From Paraspadella gotoi (Eukaryota; Animalia; Chaetognatha), in assembly GCA_051294375.1 (NCBI GenBank), contig CM119264.1:17919157-17983156 (forward strand): DNA of 64,000 nt. Direction: 5' to 3'. This document shows positions 12,758-26,658 of this stretch, piece by piece. The translations under genes were made by a program, and so were the position numbers. Below the pieces are notes generated by a model. It was not told where the DNA came from. It did not search any database and saw nothing but the letters and a program-made list of their open reading frames with translations. Each line of letters starts with the position of its first letter. Within the stretch, counting starts at the first letter, position 1.

Positions 12758-13036
12758 CATTCTTTTATTGTTTTTTTGAATTATTTAGAGAGAAAATGAA
12801 AATCATTATTTGACAATAATAATTTTGTTTTTATTTAAATTGGATATGTTTCGACTCTATAACTTTCGAGTCTTTATCAGCATTTAAATTTACAAACTCA
12901 ATATTTAAAAACTGAAACGTTTGTGAATTTAAATGCTTATGAAGACTATGAAGTCCTAGAGTGGAAACATGTCGATTTAAATAAAAACAAAATCATTATT
13001 ATCAAATAACAAATTTTAATTTTCTCTCCAAATAAG
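12758..13036. mobile_element. Miniature Penelope-like insertion: two inverted pLTR ends, each with a degenerate hammerhead
   Basis: Arms ~12781-12897 and ~12919-13035 are inverted. The minus strand reads CTGATAA-agactc..gagtc-GAAAcatatc; the plus strand reads cttatga-agact..agtg-GAAAcatgtc. Probable TSD AACTTTTA. Confidence 0.65.
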
Positions 13037-13494
13037 AACTTTTATATAAAAAAAGTATCAATAATAATATCTTCTGAAAGCTCTTAAAAATTTAAATATA
13101 ATAATATATTTAAGAATATTGAAACATAAAAATAAGCCTAACCAGCTTTAGTTTAATCAAAATAATCCAAATTGAAATAATAAAATCCTAAAATATTTTT
13201 TTTAATATCTGACCTATTTTACTATGATTTATTGTTTATATAAGTATTATAAAAAATCTTAAGAAAAACTAAATTAAAATAACTAACAATCATTTAATAA
13301 TTATTCAAAAACTGCTCTTTAAAAATTTTAATTTAATAATTATCTTAAAGCTAGATAGGCTAATTTTAATATTACAGTATTTTTAATTATGTCAATCTCT
13401 TTATATTTTAGGAGCTTTCAGAAGATATTAATATTGATACCTTTTTATATAAAAGTTTTGTAAAAAAATAATTAAAAAGTTAAATAAACAGATT

Positions 13495-13889
13495 AACTAA
13501 CCAGATAATTGTTAAACTCTTACTGACATTAGTTTTTCAAAATTCACATTTACTTTTGTTGTACTTTACAAAAATGTATCTTTAATATTTATTTATTTAT
13601 CCCTATTGTCTCTCTCTCTCTCTCTTTCTCTCTCTAACAAATTTCATTTCTTTTTCAATCTGTCCTTAACTTCAGCCTGTTCTCTCATCTGACCACTATT
13701 CTGTCTCACCACTTTGTTGGAAAACCTTTACCTTTTCTCTCTCTCTCTCTCCTCTCTCTCACACCCTTCTTTTGCACAAATATTTTTCCTTATGTCAAAC
13801 GCTGATGAAGGCTCGAAATTGTGGGCCGAAACATGTCCGTATTTCCAAATAAATTAGTTTGTACCACATTCAAAAACTTTGCATTTCTC
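13495..13889 (+). mobile_element. Solo Penelope-like pseudo-LTR insertion
   Basis: Flanked by the 14-bp direct repeat TAAATAAACAGATT (13481-13494, 13890-13903). (CT)n tracts are followed by a hammerhead, the same layout as the pLTR at 44679-45075. Confidence 0.72.
13797..13841 (+). ncRNA. Minimal type I hammerhead ribozyme
   Basis: acg-CTGATGA-a-ggctc(gaaattgt)gggcc-GAAA-catg-TC-cgt: intact core, stem II, palindromic ACATGT in place of stem III, and helix I acg/cgt. Confidence 0.8.
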
Positions 13890-14484
13890 TAAATAAACAG
13901 ATTTTAAAAAAATGGAGTTTTAAAATGAAATACAATTTTGAAGACAACTTTTCTCCGCTCAGTACCAAGTCAAATCAAAACCAATCAATATAAAATTTGG
14001 ATAAATAAATGATTTAGGTTTTATTACAGAAAAAAAGTTTCAAATGAAAAAATTTTTTACACATTTGCAAATGACGATTTTTTTTAGCGGCGGGCTGTTG
14101 TGTGTCACCTTGTAGGGTTAAAATACTAGGTTAAGGTTTTAGCTTGGCATGAGATAAAAGTTAGGGTTAGGCTAAAAAAATGGCCTGCTGTAAATATATA
14201 AGATTGTAAATAAGATAAATTAACTAGGGTTAGGGTTTTTATTGGAGTTCATTCAGGTGAATGGGAAGGCTTATTATATCCCCATTATTCCTGGCCAGTC
14301 CCTTTTCAAACCCTAAACTTATAAGTTTTATAATATATTTTTGAATTCATTAATTAAAAAGTTAAAAATAAAAGTATAATATTAAAGTAAATTAATTTTT
14401 TATCTTTAAATGAGATATCTTTCAACCCTATGTAACAAAAATTATATAAAAAGTATATAATATAAAAAATTAGTAAGCAAATAA

Positions 14485-14519
<35 letters not shown>

Positions 14520-16639
14520 GTTCAAAATATATTATTGAAAAGCTTTGCCTTTAATCAGTCTGCAAATGGTTGCTGTATTAAGTAAGCCAAAGCATATTAA
14601 AGGATAAATTTTACTTCATAAATAAGTAATTATAATAAATTTAATAGATTAAAAAAAAAGAATTATTATTATTTACTTAATCTTATGTATAATAAATATA
14701 CAAAGCCTGTCCAAAGTCAGGGCAAGATAGCTTATTTATTAAATGAATGGATAATTTTTATATTGGTTGTACCAATTTCATATGATATTATATAATTATA
14801 AAAATCAGTATTTTGTTTTTTTAAATATTTTTTTAATTTAATAATTATAATCTTATTTTATTTTTATGGAGCTGGAGCCGGGCATTTTTATTTCGGCTCC
14901 GGCTCCAGCTCCGGCCTCCGGTCAAAAATTTTTTTCGGCTCCGGCTCCAGCTTCGGCTCCGGCGGCTCCAGCTCCGGCTCCGGCTCCGGCTCCACATCCC
15001 TGATTTTAACCCACTTGATATGAATTTCAATATCTCAATAACTACTGTTTATACTGCATAATTACCCCCTGAAATTGTACACTGATGTTATCTATTTTCA
15101 AAAAAGATTATACATGATAGTTCCTAATAAAAATGATAAGGAAAAAATAACAAAAATAAACCACTAAATAATAATATAATAATAACATCAACAATATTAT
15201 TTAAATAACTTATTTAACTTATTTAAACTCTCTGATTTAATTTATTTTTAACTTTTACCAATTAACTTAATGTTAACTTTACATTAACATACCCTTAATT
15301 ATTAACTTATTATATAAACTAATTATTTAACTTATTTTATTATTTACAAATTATTACAAAACCTGAATAAAATTCTCTAAAATTAATAATGCTGTGATGT
15401 CAGGCTTTGGACTGTTTCAGATAAACATTTAAGATATACCTTTAAAATATAAGATAAGCAACAATGAAGGATCACCATTTGGTGATGGCTCGCCTATACC
15501 TGGATTGGGATTAAAGAGCCGAAATCCATGAAGGGTATAGGTTCCCAACTGATGACCTTCCCATTGTATAAAAATAAAGATAAAAAATATTCAAAAAATA
15601 ATAATTAAAAAGTAGAATAAAAGAAAAAATATAATTTTAAAATTATATTCATGACATAAAGGGCCCCTATAGACCTTTCCCCGGTATGTATCCCTATCAG
15701 AACATACAATTCTACATGGTAGTCTTATCCCTATTGGTAAAAAAAATCATATATAACTTTGGTCACCCCTAAAAAAAATTATCCATTCCCACCCCTCTTT
15801 GTTCAGCCTCTTAGATATTATGATTTTTCATTAATGACTTTCTAACAGAAATGATGTGTGATATCTATTAGAAAACTAGGACAGATAGTAATCTAACCTT
15901 GTGTTGTATAGATGCTCCCTCTATTTCCAGAAGACAACACTGACTTCCCCTTCCCAATTGAATTATTAGATAAATAAAACATTTTTAGGAAAGAAAACAA
16001 TAATATGTTTGATTAAATAATAAAATTAAATACTAAATCCTTCATAAAATATAAAAATAGAAAATAGTGAAACAAGTAATTTGCAAATTTTCACAATTAT
16101 TTTTTCAAGGTTTTCTCTCCTACTAGGATTTGTCTCTTACTTTATTTATTATGAGCATTTTTCCTTTACTTTCTATCTAAATTTGCTTTTCTGTCGCACC
16201 CATTATATCTTCACTTGTAGTTGTACTTGTTTTGTATGTTTTAATCTTTATAAACAGATGGTTTTACATTTTGAGTTTTAAGTACATTTTAGTCCAAGTA
16301 TATCCACCAGAAGTTTTTTTTTTCTGAAACTGTTTTATTAAATTTTATTTATTTTGACTTTATTCTTAAATTTTATCTGCACCCACTAAATTTGCACTGC
16401 ACCTGCCCTTCAACAAAATAACAATTGTTTTTAAAATCGTATGAATAAAATGAAATAAATAAAAAAAATTGAATAACTGAATTGAATGAATAAACTGAAT
16501 TCAATAAAGTGATAGAAAAAGAAAGAAAATAATGTGAAAAGAAAAAGCAAAATAAAAACTATTTTTGCGATGGTAAAATGATTATTTGTACGCGGCTGCA
16601 AAGCTTAACATTACGAGTTTGATCTTGATAATATTTTTT

Positions 16640-17400
16640 TAGACTCTATAATTCACTTTGTCGGTCCAAAATCCCAAAATCTTGTCGATAAATCATTATC
16701 ATATCAGAACCTCGAATTATGATAAATATTCCTATCACGAGATAATTGGAATTTTTGTGTGTAGTTAGGGAAGTATGTGATTGAGCTGGATATGAAGTTT
16801 CCAATGAATCGTATGAGTGGAAATGAGTTTAAATGGCAAAAAAATATATTTTACTATTTGAACGCTAATTATTCATGAGTAGATTGATGGGGCAATTGAC
16901 TTGAAATTTTGTATGTGCATAGGAAAGTGTGTGATTAAGCTGGAAATCAAGTTTCGATGGAATCGTTTCAGTGGAAATGAGTTTAAATGGAAAAAACAAA
17001 AAAACCAGTTTCACTAATTGATCATGGTTCTTTTTCTTTTTATATTAAATGTAAATTCAAGATGTATTAATAAATCAATCAAATAATCAATCAGTTAATT
17101 AATCAATTAGTCTATTGATTAATCAATGATTAATTAATCAGTCAATCAATAAATTATTTAATCGATCAATTTATTTATATATTAATTATTTAATCAATCA
17201 ATCAATCAAGTCAATCATTATCGACATTGTCATCGCCATCATCGTCGTTGCTTTTGCCGTGGTCAGTGATGAAATGATTTAAAAACAAACATTTGGGTTT
17301 AATTAATTAAATAATTAACTTAAATTAATTAATTCACTTAATTAATTAATTACCGCTAATGATAGTGGACAGATCCAACATTGTTTGCTCAAACTTGTTT
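16640..17400 (+). mobile_element. DINE-1/HINE-like (Helentron-associated) non-autonomous repeat
   Basis: Starts GACTCTATAATTCACTTTGTCGGTC, has duplicated internal GAAATTTTGTRTGT...GGAAATGAGTTTAAATGG units, and ends CAGATCCRACATTGTTTGCTCAAACTTGTT. Shared with copies at ~30.1, 32.7, 45.1 and 47.9 kb. The superfamily assignment is an inference. Confidence 0.6.
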
Positions 17401-18654
17401 AAATAAATAACAAAGAAAGAGAGAAAGAGAAAAAACAAAGAATGAAAGATAAAAAATATAAAAATAAAGAGAAAAAAGTCTAGTTACTGCAGAGCTCAAT
17501 TCATTTTTGGACGAATCAGAAGAGGCAGTGACTGAAAAAAAAAGAGAATGAATGATATGATTTTATGATGACATGCTAATTTATATTTTATTGTTAATAA
17601 TAATCTGAAAGGATTTTAAATAAAAAATATTTGTATCAATATACAGGGTAGTGATTGAAAACTTAGAAAATCCGTATCACTTATTTTTTTTATTTTGTGA
17701 CGCATCGGGTGCATTTAAAGAAAAAAATTTAATAGAAGATACTTAACTAGACCTTGTTCTAACTATTAATACAATGCGACAAGCACTGCTGTTAAAACCA
17801 TTACTGCCACAGCACCTAAAAGAATCACAGCTGCTCTTCATAAACGCTTCTGAAAGAGTGAGCCACAGCTCGTAAATGGTTTAGCCTACGCCATTGATAT
17901 TTTGATTGAAAGTCATATTGGTCTCCCCCTTTAAAACGCCCTTCTGAGCACAGTTTAGGGGAATTAGATGTGGATATTATCAAGCCCGAAAATCATTCAG
18001 TCAAAACTTAAAATGTTACTGCAGTTAAAATCTTTATTTTTTTCAGCTGTATATAACAATGCCCTGCATAATAACCCCAAGATTATTGGTTCTTTATACA
18101 TGTTAAAAAATTGAATCACAAAACAATATAGTATACTGCAGCAATGGATTTTTTTCCAGTAGTAAAATATAAAGAAATATTTATATTTCATCTGATGCTG
18201 CAGTAGATTGCATTAAGCAACTTACTTGATATTTTATACAAAGAGTCCCAATTACCTTAGTTATTGATTTCATAAGTTCTCAGAGATGGCACTCACTAGA
18301 GTGGCCACTACAGTATGAACTTAAGAAAAAAAAGATTTTTAATTTATATCATCTTAAAATTGCTTTATAATAGGTCTTGTAAAACCGTGGCAGTTTAATG
18401 GCCATAGTCCTATGATAAGATGTCCTAGTAAATATTTTTAAATAGTTTTTTATTTGCTCTTTAGAATTTTTTTATTAGCATAAAAATGAGCTACTACCAT
18501 GCATATTGTTGGTTTTATACTTAAAAGCTAATTAAAAATTGCTGTTCCAACGAATTTTTCGTTTTATGTTTATACTTAAAAGCCTTAATAACCTATATCA
18601 TCGCGTCAATGAATAACTATTTTTTGCATCAATCATTTGGTTATCATCGCATCA

Positions 18655-19052
18655 ATCCTTTGGTTATCACATCAATAATCAATTATTATTACATCAATCA
18701 ATCTATTATTATTACATCAATCAATTACTATTACATCAATCAATTACTATTATATCAATCAATCAATTATTATTATATCAATCAATCAATTATTATTACA
18801 TCAATCAATCAATTATTATTATATCAATTACTGTTACATCAATCACTATTACATAAATCAATCAATTACTATTATATCAATCAATCAATTATTATTATAT
18901 CAATCAATCAATCAGTTATTATTACATCAATAAATCAATCAATTATTATTACATCAATCAATCAATCAGTTATTACATCAATAAATAAATCAATTAATAT
19001 TACATCAATAAATCAATCAGTTATTAAATCAATCAATTATTATTACATCAAT
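18655..19052. repeat. Degenerate minisatellite (TATTACATCAATCAATCAAT)n
   Basis: Directly visible tandem units. A shorter related array lies at ~19815-19900. Confidence 0.85.
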
Positions 19053-19202
19053 CATCCGTTATTGTTTTAATCTTTCGGTTTTTTTCCAGATTTTTTTATT
19101 TTTTGATAGTAACGTCTGGCGAGATCAGTATACTTTTTAAGATTTTTTTAGATAAAAGTTTACAGATAGGTGTCTAATTTTTTTCTATTTGATATATCCT
19201 AT

Positions 19203-19554
19203 TGTGGCAGCTACAACACGCGACCTTATCAGATCAAGAACCATAGCCGAAAACTATCCTTCTCACTCAATCGCTGACCGGTCACCACGGTCATCAGTGA
19301 CTCTCTCCTGGCTGTCCTCAGCCGGTTCCTTGTAAAGTTATTGTTACTGTTTTTCATTCTCCAACAACAAATACAAAAATCAACAAGAGAAAATGCTAAG
19401 TCTAAAACAGTAACAATAACTTTACAAGGAACCGGCTGAGGACAGCCGGGAGAGAGTCACTGATGACCGTGGTGACCCGTCAGCGATTGAGTGAGAAGGA
19501 TAGTTTTCGGCTATGGTTCTTGATCTGATAAGGTCGCGTGTTGTTGCTGCCACA
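19203..19554. mobile_element. Foldback MITE with TGT...ACA ends and a 4-bp TSD (Ginger-like)
   Basis: Near-perfect 151-bp inverted arms (19203-19353, 19404-19554) with a 50-bp spacer, flanked by CTAT on both sides. Confidence 0.85.
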
Positions 19555-20542
19555 CTATGATAATTAACGATTATAATCTTATTCGAAATTTGAACCCGTT
19601 TTTTTTTCGTGATATTCTTTTTCCGTTGAACTTAAACCGACCTTAAATTCATTCCGGGTCAACTCTTTCGCCGCCTCTTTTTATTCGCTCTATTTCTTAG
19701 TTTTTCCGAATGATAACCAAGGGTACTATGCTCTGGTGACCGTAGACGAGAATAATAAATTTTGGGTTACTCTAATCACCACTACAAATCTACATCGAAA
19801 ACCACGTGATAAAGTTATCATCGCATCAATAATCAATTACTATTACATCAATCAATTACTATTACATCAATTACTATTACATCAATAATTCGTTATAGCA
19901 TCAATCGTTCGGTTTTTTTCCGGATTTTTTCATTAATTTTCTCATTAATTTTCTTTGATAGTAACCTTTAAGATTTTTTTCAACTAACGAAAAATGAAGA
20001 AATGAAAAAAAATTGTATTACTGCACAAATAAAATGTATTACTGCGTAAACTGAATTAACAAGCCACCGACTTGTGGTAGCTAAGTGTATAATCATAAAC
20101 TAAACGGTAAAACTCCCGATAAAGATTTTTGTTCAATTCCTCGATAGCCCATTATGGTTTTCTTTGACGAGGTGGTTGTAAATGACAGATTTGAACTTCT
20201 CTTCAACTTCCTTGATTTTTTAAACATTTTATTATTTACTTATTTTGTATTAACCGGCATATACGTCTTTTTGTTGTTTTTTTTAGATTTCAGTTTTTAG
20301 ATCAAACGACGATCCTACCGAAAGAGAGCATATTAAAAAACTTACTAGCACCTAATTGGAAACAAAAAAAAAAGAATGTGACAGTTTTGACTAAGGATAT
20401 CATTGCAAGGGCTGGCAGGTGGAAACCTGGTTGGTATGGAACTTTGAAGACAACGCGCAAAAGCTTCCCATTCTCAGACTAACAGAAGCCTCGCACTTGT
20501 AAAAAATAATAAAAAAGGACTTGATAATAACGCAACGGAATA

Positions 20543-23401
<2,859 letters not shown>

Positions 23402-24664
23402 CTAAAAAAAATTAAAACAAAAAGACTATGAGATGAATCTAACCTTTTACGTCATCGCCCCATTTTTCTCTTTCTTCCAGCTCTTTTAATTTTTTGTAAC
23501 AAATCATTGAATAGACGACCGTAGTTTTCCTCCACGTTATACCGTTTATCCACAGAAATACTTCCATTGTTTTTATTTCTTTTATTTTTTTTAAACGGCT
23601 AATCTGCGTCAAATGCTTTTAATGCGAGAGTGAACTGTTGCAATGATTTGAGAAATTTCTTTTAGTCGCGACTCAAATTTAGTTCTTTTCGTTTAACTTT
23701 AAAATTGACTTTTGGTATTGGAAGCTTTGAAATTAAAATCCTGTTTTATTATTTTGATATTTATTAAGATTAGCTTAGTTTCTAATTAATTTGAAACTAT
23801 TAAATTAGCTGCTGCACTGAAATCGTGTTGGTGAAAATTTATAAAAGATTGTTAATTATTTTCACGTTTTGTTTTAAAGTTCCAACTAAAAGTTTAGGTA
23901 TATGTTAATCAAGTGGCCGCCAAAATGAAATTTCGTTTTTTGCCTGTCTGTTTAACTTTAGGGCTCCAGGTTCTATTAGCCCTTAGTAAGGCACAATTCT
24001 CCACAGGCACAAAACGCTTGTTTACAGAAAAATATTTTGCAATAGTTTGCTGTGTATGATAGGGCGTTAACATACGTAATTTACTTGTTATGGTTTAAAT
24101 ATTATGTGACAATTTTTTTAAGGGGAATTATGTGGTTAAATTATTTTTTTACCCCTTTCAATCTTATGTTCTTCATAGATAATTAAAACTAAATTAAAAC
24201 CTTCATTCATATGCTCCTGTAATATGCATGATAAATTGTAATTTTTTTTTTTTTAAATAACTTTACACAAAAAATAGGACAATTTAATATAGCATTTTAC
24301 TGAGTTTAATGTATTTTGAAAATTGTTAAATTATTGAAGTTAATATTAAGTATACTGAGTATTGCTCGCCGGGTCGCTCTTTCGTTTTTTAATAAATATT
24401 TTTTCTTTGATGGCCTAAATGGATGACTTTCCAGTTGTCGATATTTTTTTAGGTTTGGCCTTCCTGTACAGGATATTTGATCTTTACAAATACAAATCTT
24501 GTATTTGGATCTAGACTCGTGATTTTCTCGTAACCCTAGCGCAGAATAAATTATTTACTTTTGTCTTTACTTTAGCTGAATTTAGTGCATGTGCTGATTT
24601 AAAAAAACAAAAAAACAAAAACAAGACGAATTTTTCTCTAATTTTCGTTATTTAAATTGATATA

Positions 24665-24914
24665 CATCGTGACCATTTGAAACCCGCCGCTATAAAATGT
24701 TCACCATATGAAAATTTGTATTTCAATTTTCCAGAAAGTGAGACACAAATTTTTTATTAAAAAACATTATGCTTTCGAGCCCGGAGATCAGTTTCAAAGC
24801 TATCTTTAACCGAAAGAAATGATACGTCTTTAAGTATCTCTTATCAAAATTTTAAAATCTTTTAAAGTTTTCCTTTGAATTTTTTCTAGCGGCGGGTTTC
24901 AAATGGTCTCGGTT
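24665..24914. mobile_element. Short MITE with TA flanks
   Basis: GACCATTTGAAACCCGCCGCTA...TAGCGGCGGGTTTCAAATGGTC inverted ends. Shares CCCGCCGCTA with the 12505 element. Confidence 0.7.
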
Positions 24915-25705
24915 TACTATAAAAGCAAATAACTTTTCTTAGTGGCCACGGGCATAAAATGAATAAGAATTCGGTTTTATGGAAAGCGAAGAGCATCGAA
25001 AGTCACCATCTGGTATCTCTTTGATTCCATCATTCCTCGAATTTATGAGAATCGAGATGGAACCAGCGGTGTCGAACGAAGTAAAAGTGGTGAAGATATT
25101 AAGAGTCGTCAGTTTCGAAGTCCAATTGTCCAGTATAGAAATCTCATTACACAAAAATAAATGACACTTGTAAGGGTAAAAAATCTTTATCATAAATTTC
25201 ATTTCGAAACCTCCCTTAACCCTAACTACCCCTAATCCCTAACCACCCCTAACCCAATTGCATACTGTAATATAACAAAAAATATTATTTATTTTCACAA
25301 GTCAATTCGTTTTTGCGCTGATGAAGGCTTACATTGAAGTCCGAAATTTGTTTCTTAATAAAACTCGTTATAAATCAACAAACAATTCATTTTCTACCTC
25401 AAACATAAAAATATCAATTAAAATAAATTTAAAACTATTATTATTTATTATAACATTAAAAAAATTGTATATTACTGTGCAAACTGATACTCGACGCTAG
25501 AGGGAAAACAAAATTAAATGGATTAACAAAGCACCGACCGCTGGTATCTCAGGTTGGTTGCAGACGTCGAATAGTAAAGTTACCCCGAAAACCCAAACAC
25601 GGTGAGCAACCAGGTATAGATTACGTGGCCCGAGATCAAAGCCAAGAAAACCCTTCAATTTTCTGTGGAATGAAAATTGAGAGGGAAAAGGAGGTTTAAG
25701 ATATA

Positions 25706-26658
25706 CATGGTGACAATTTTACCAGCGCCGGTAGAAATACGCTGTCATTTGCAAACCAGTGGTTATTTCATTGATTTTAAAAATTAGTTGAGTAGAACAT
25801 ATTAAAATCATTTGTGTTCAAATTTTATATTGATCAGTTAAGATATGCCTTGGCAATGAGTGGAGAAAGTTGGCTTGTAAAATCGGGTTTCATTTTTTAA
25901 TTTACTTTTTTAGATTCATTTTTTTTTATTACTTTCAGTAAGTTTTCTGAAGAAATTTAAAATAAAATAATATTAACATTATTATCTTCTGAAAGCCCTT
26001 TCAAATCTAAAGAGAATGGCATACTTGTAAATACTGTAGTATAAAATTTAACCGGCCCAGCTTTAATTTAATTAAGATACTCAAAAACAAGACATCTTTT
26101 TAAAAATCAATAGCTGGAGGGTAAATTTAAGATTTTTATCAAATTATGATTGGCTATCTTAATTCTCTTTTTTTCAGGCTCTTTCATGATACTTATATAA
26201 ATAATAATATTTTATGTTATAATAATTTAATCAGGTCATATATTTTAAAAAAAGATTTGAAATTTTAGATAATTAACTTTTAACTCTCTTAATTGAACCA
26301 AGGCTGGGCAGTTTAATTTTTATGTTACAGCTTTCGTAAGTATATCATTCTCTTCATTTTTTTAAGGGCTTTCTGAGGATATTAATATTGTTAATATCTT
26401 AATTAATACTTTATTTAAAAAAGAGCTAAAAGTTAAAGAAAAAAAAGAATTAAACAATGAGTTGGAAAATGAAACCCGATTTTACAAGCCAACTTTCTCC
26501 ACTCATTGCCAAGGCATATCTTAACTGATCAATATAAAATTTGAACACAGAAATGACTTTAATATGTTTTACCCAACTAATTTTTAAAATCAATGAAATA
26601 ACCACTGGTTTGCAAATGACAGCGTATTTCTACCGGCGCTTGTAACATTGTCACCATG
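25706..26658. mobile_element. Tc1/mariner-type foldback MITE with TA TSD
   Basis: TA|CATGGTGACAAT...ATTGTCACCATG|TA with ~190-bp near-perfect inverted arms. Related to 12505-14112 (GTCATTTGCAAAC, CAAATTTTATATTGAT). Confidence 0.88.

Larger units (their letters stand above)
12505..14112. mobile_element. Tc1/mariner-type non-autonomous foldback element with TA target duplication
   Basis: TA|CAAGGTGACACACAACAGCCCGCCGCTAAAAA...TTTTTAGCGGCGGGCTGTTGTGTGTCACCTTG|TA, with long imperfect inverted arms. Confidence 0.85.
11152..15002. mobile_element. Non-autonomous hAT-type DNA transposon with nested insertions
   Basis: Terminal inverted repeat CAGGGATGTGGAGCCG...CGGCTCCACATCCCTG, 8-bp target-site duplication ATTTTAAC (11144-11151, 15003-15010), and subterminal (GGCTCC)n arrays at both ends. 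Confidence 0.88.

Noticed and set aside
18609-19070. 153-aa ORF rich in INQSIII
   Set aside because: Product of a minisatellite with no coding signature.
19455-19500. CTGATGA inside the Ginger-like arm as a hammerhead
   Set aside because: No downstream stem II-GAAA-stem III arrangement.
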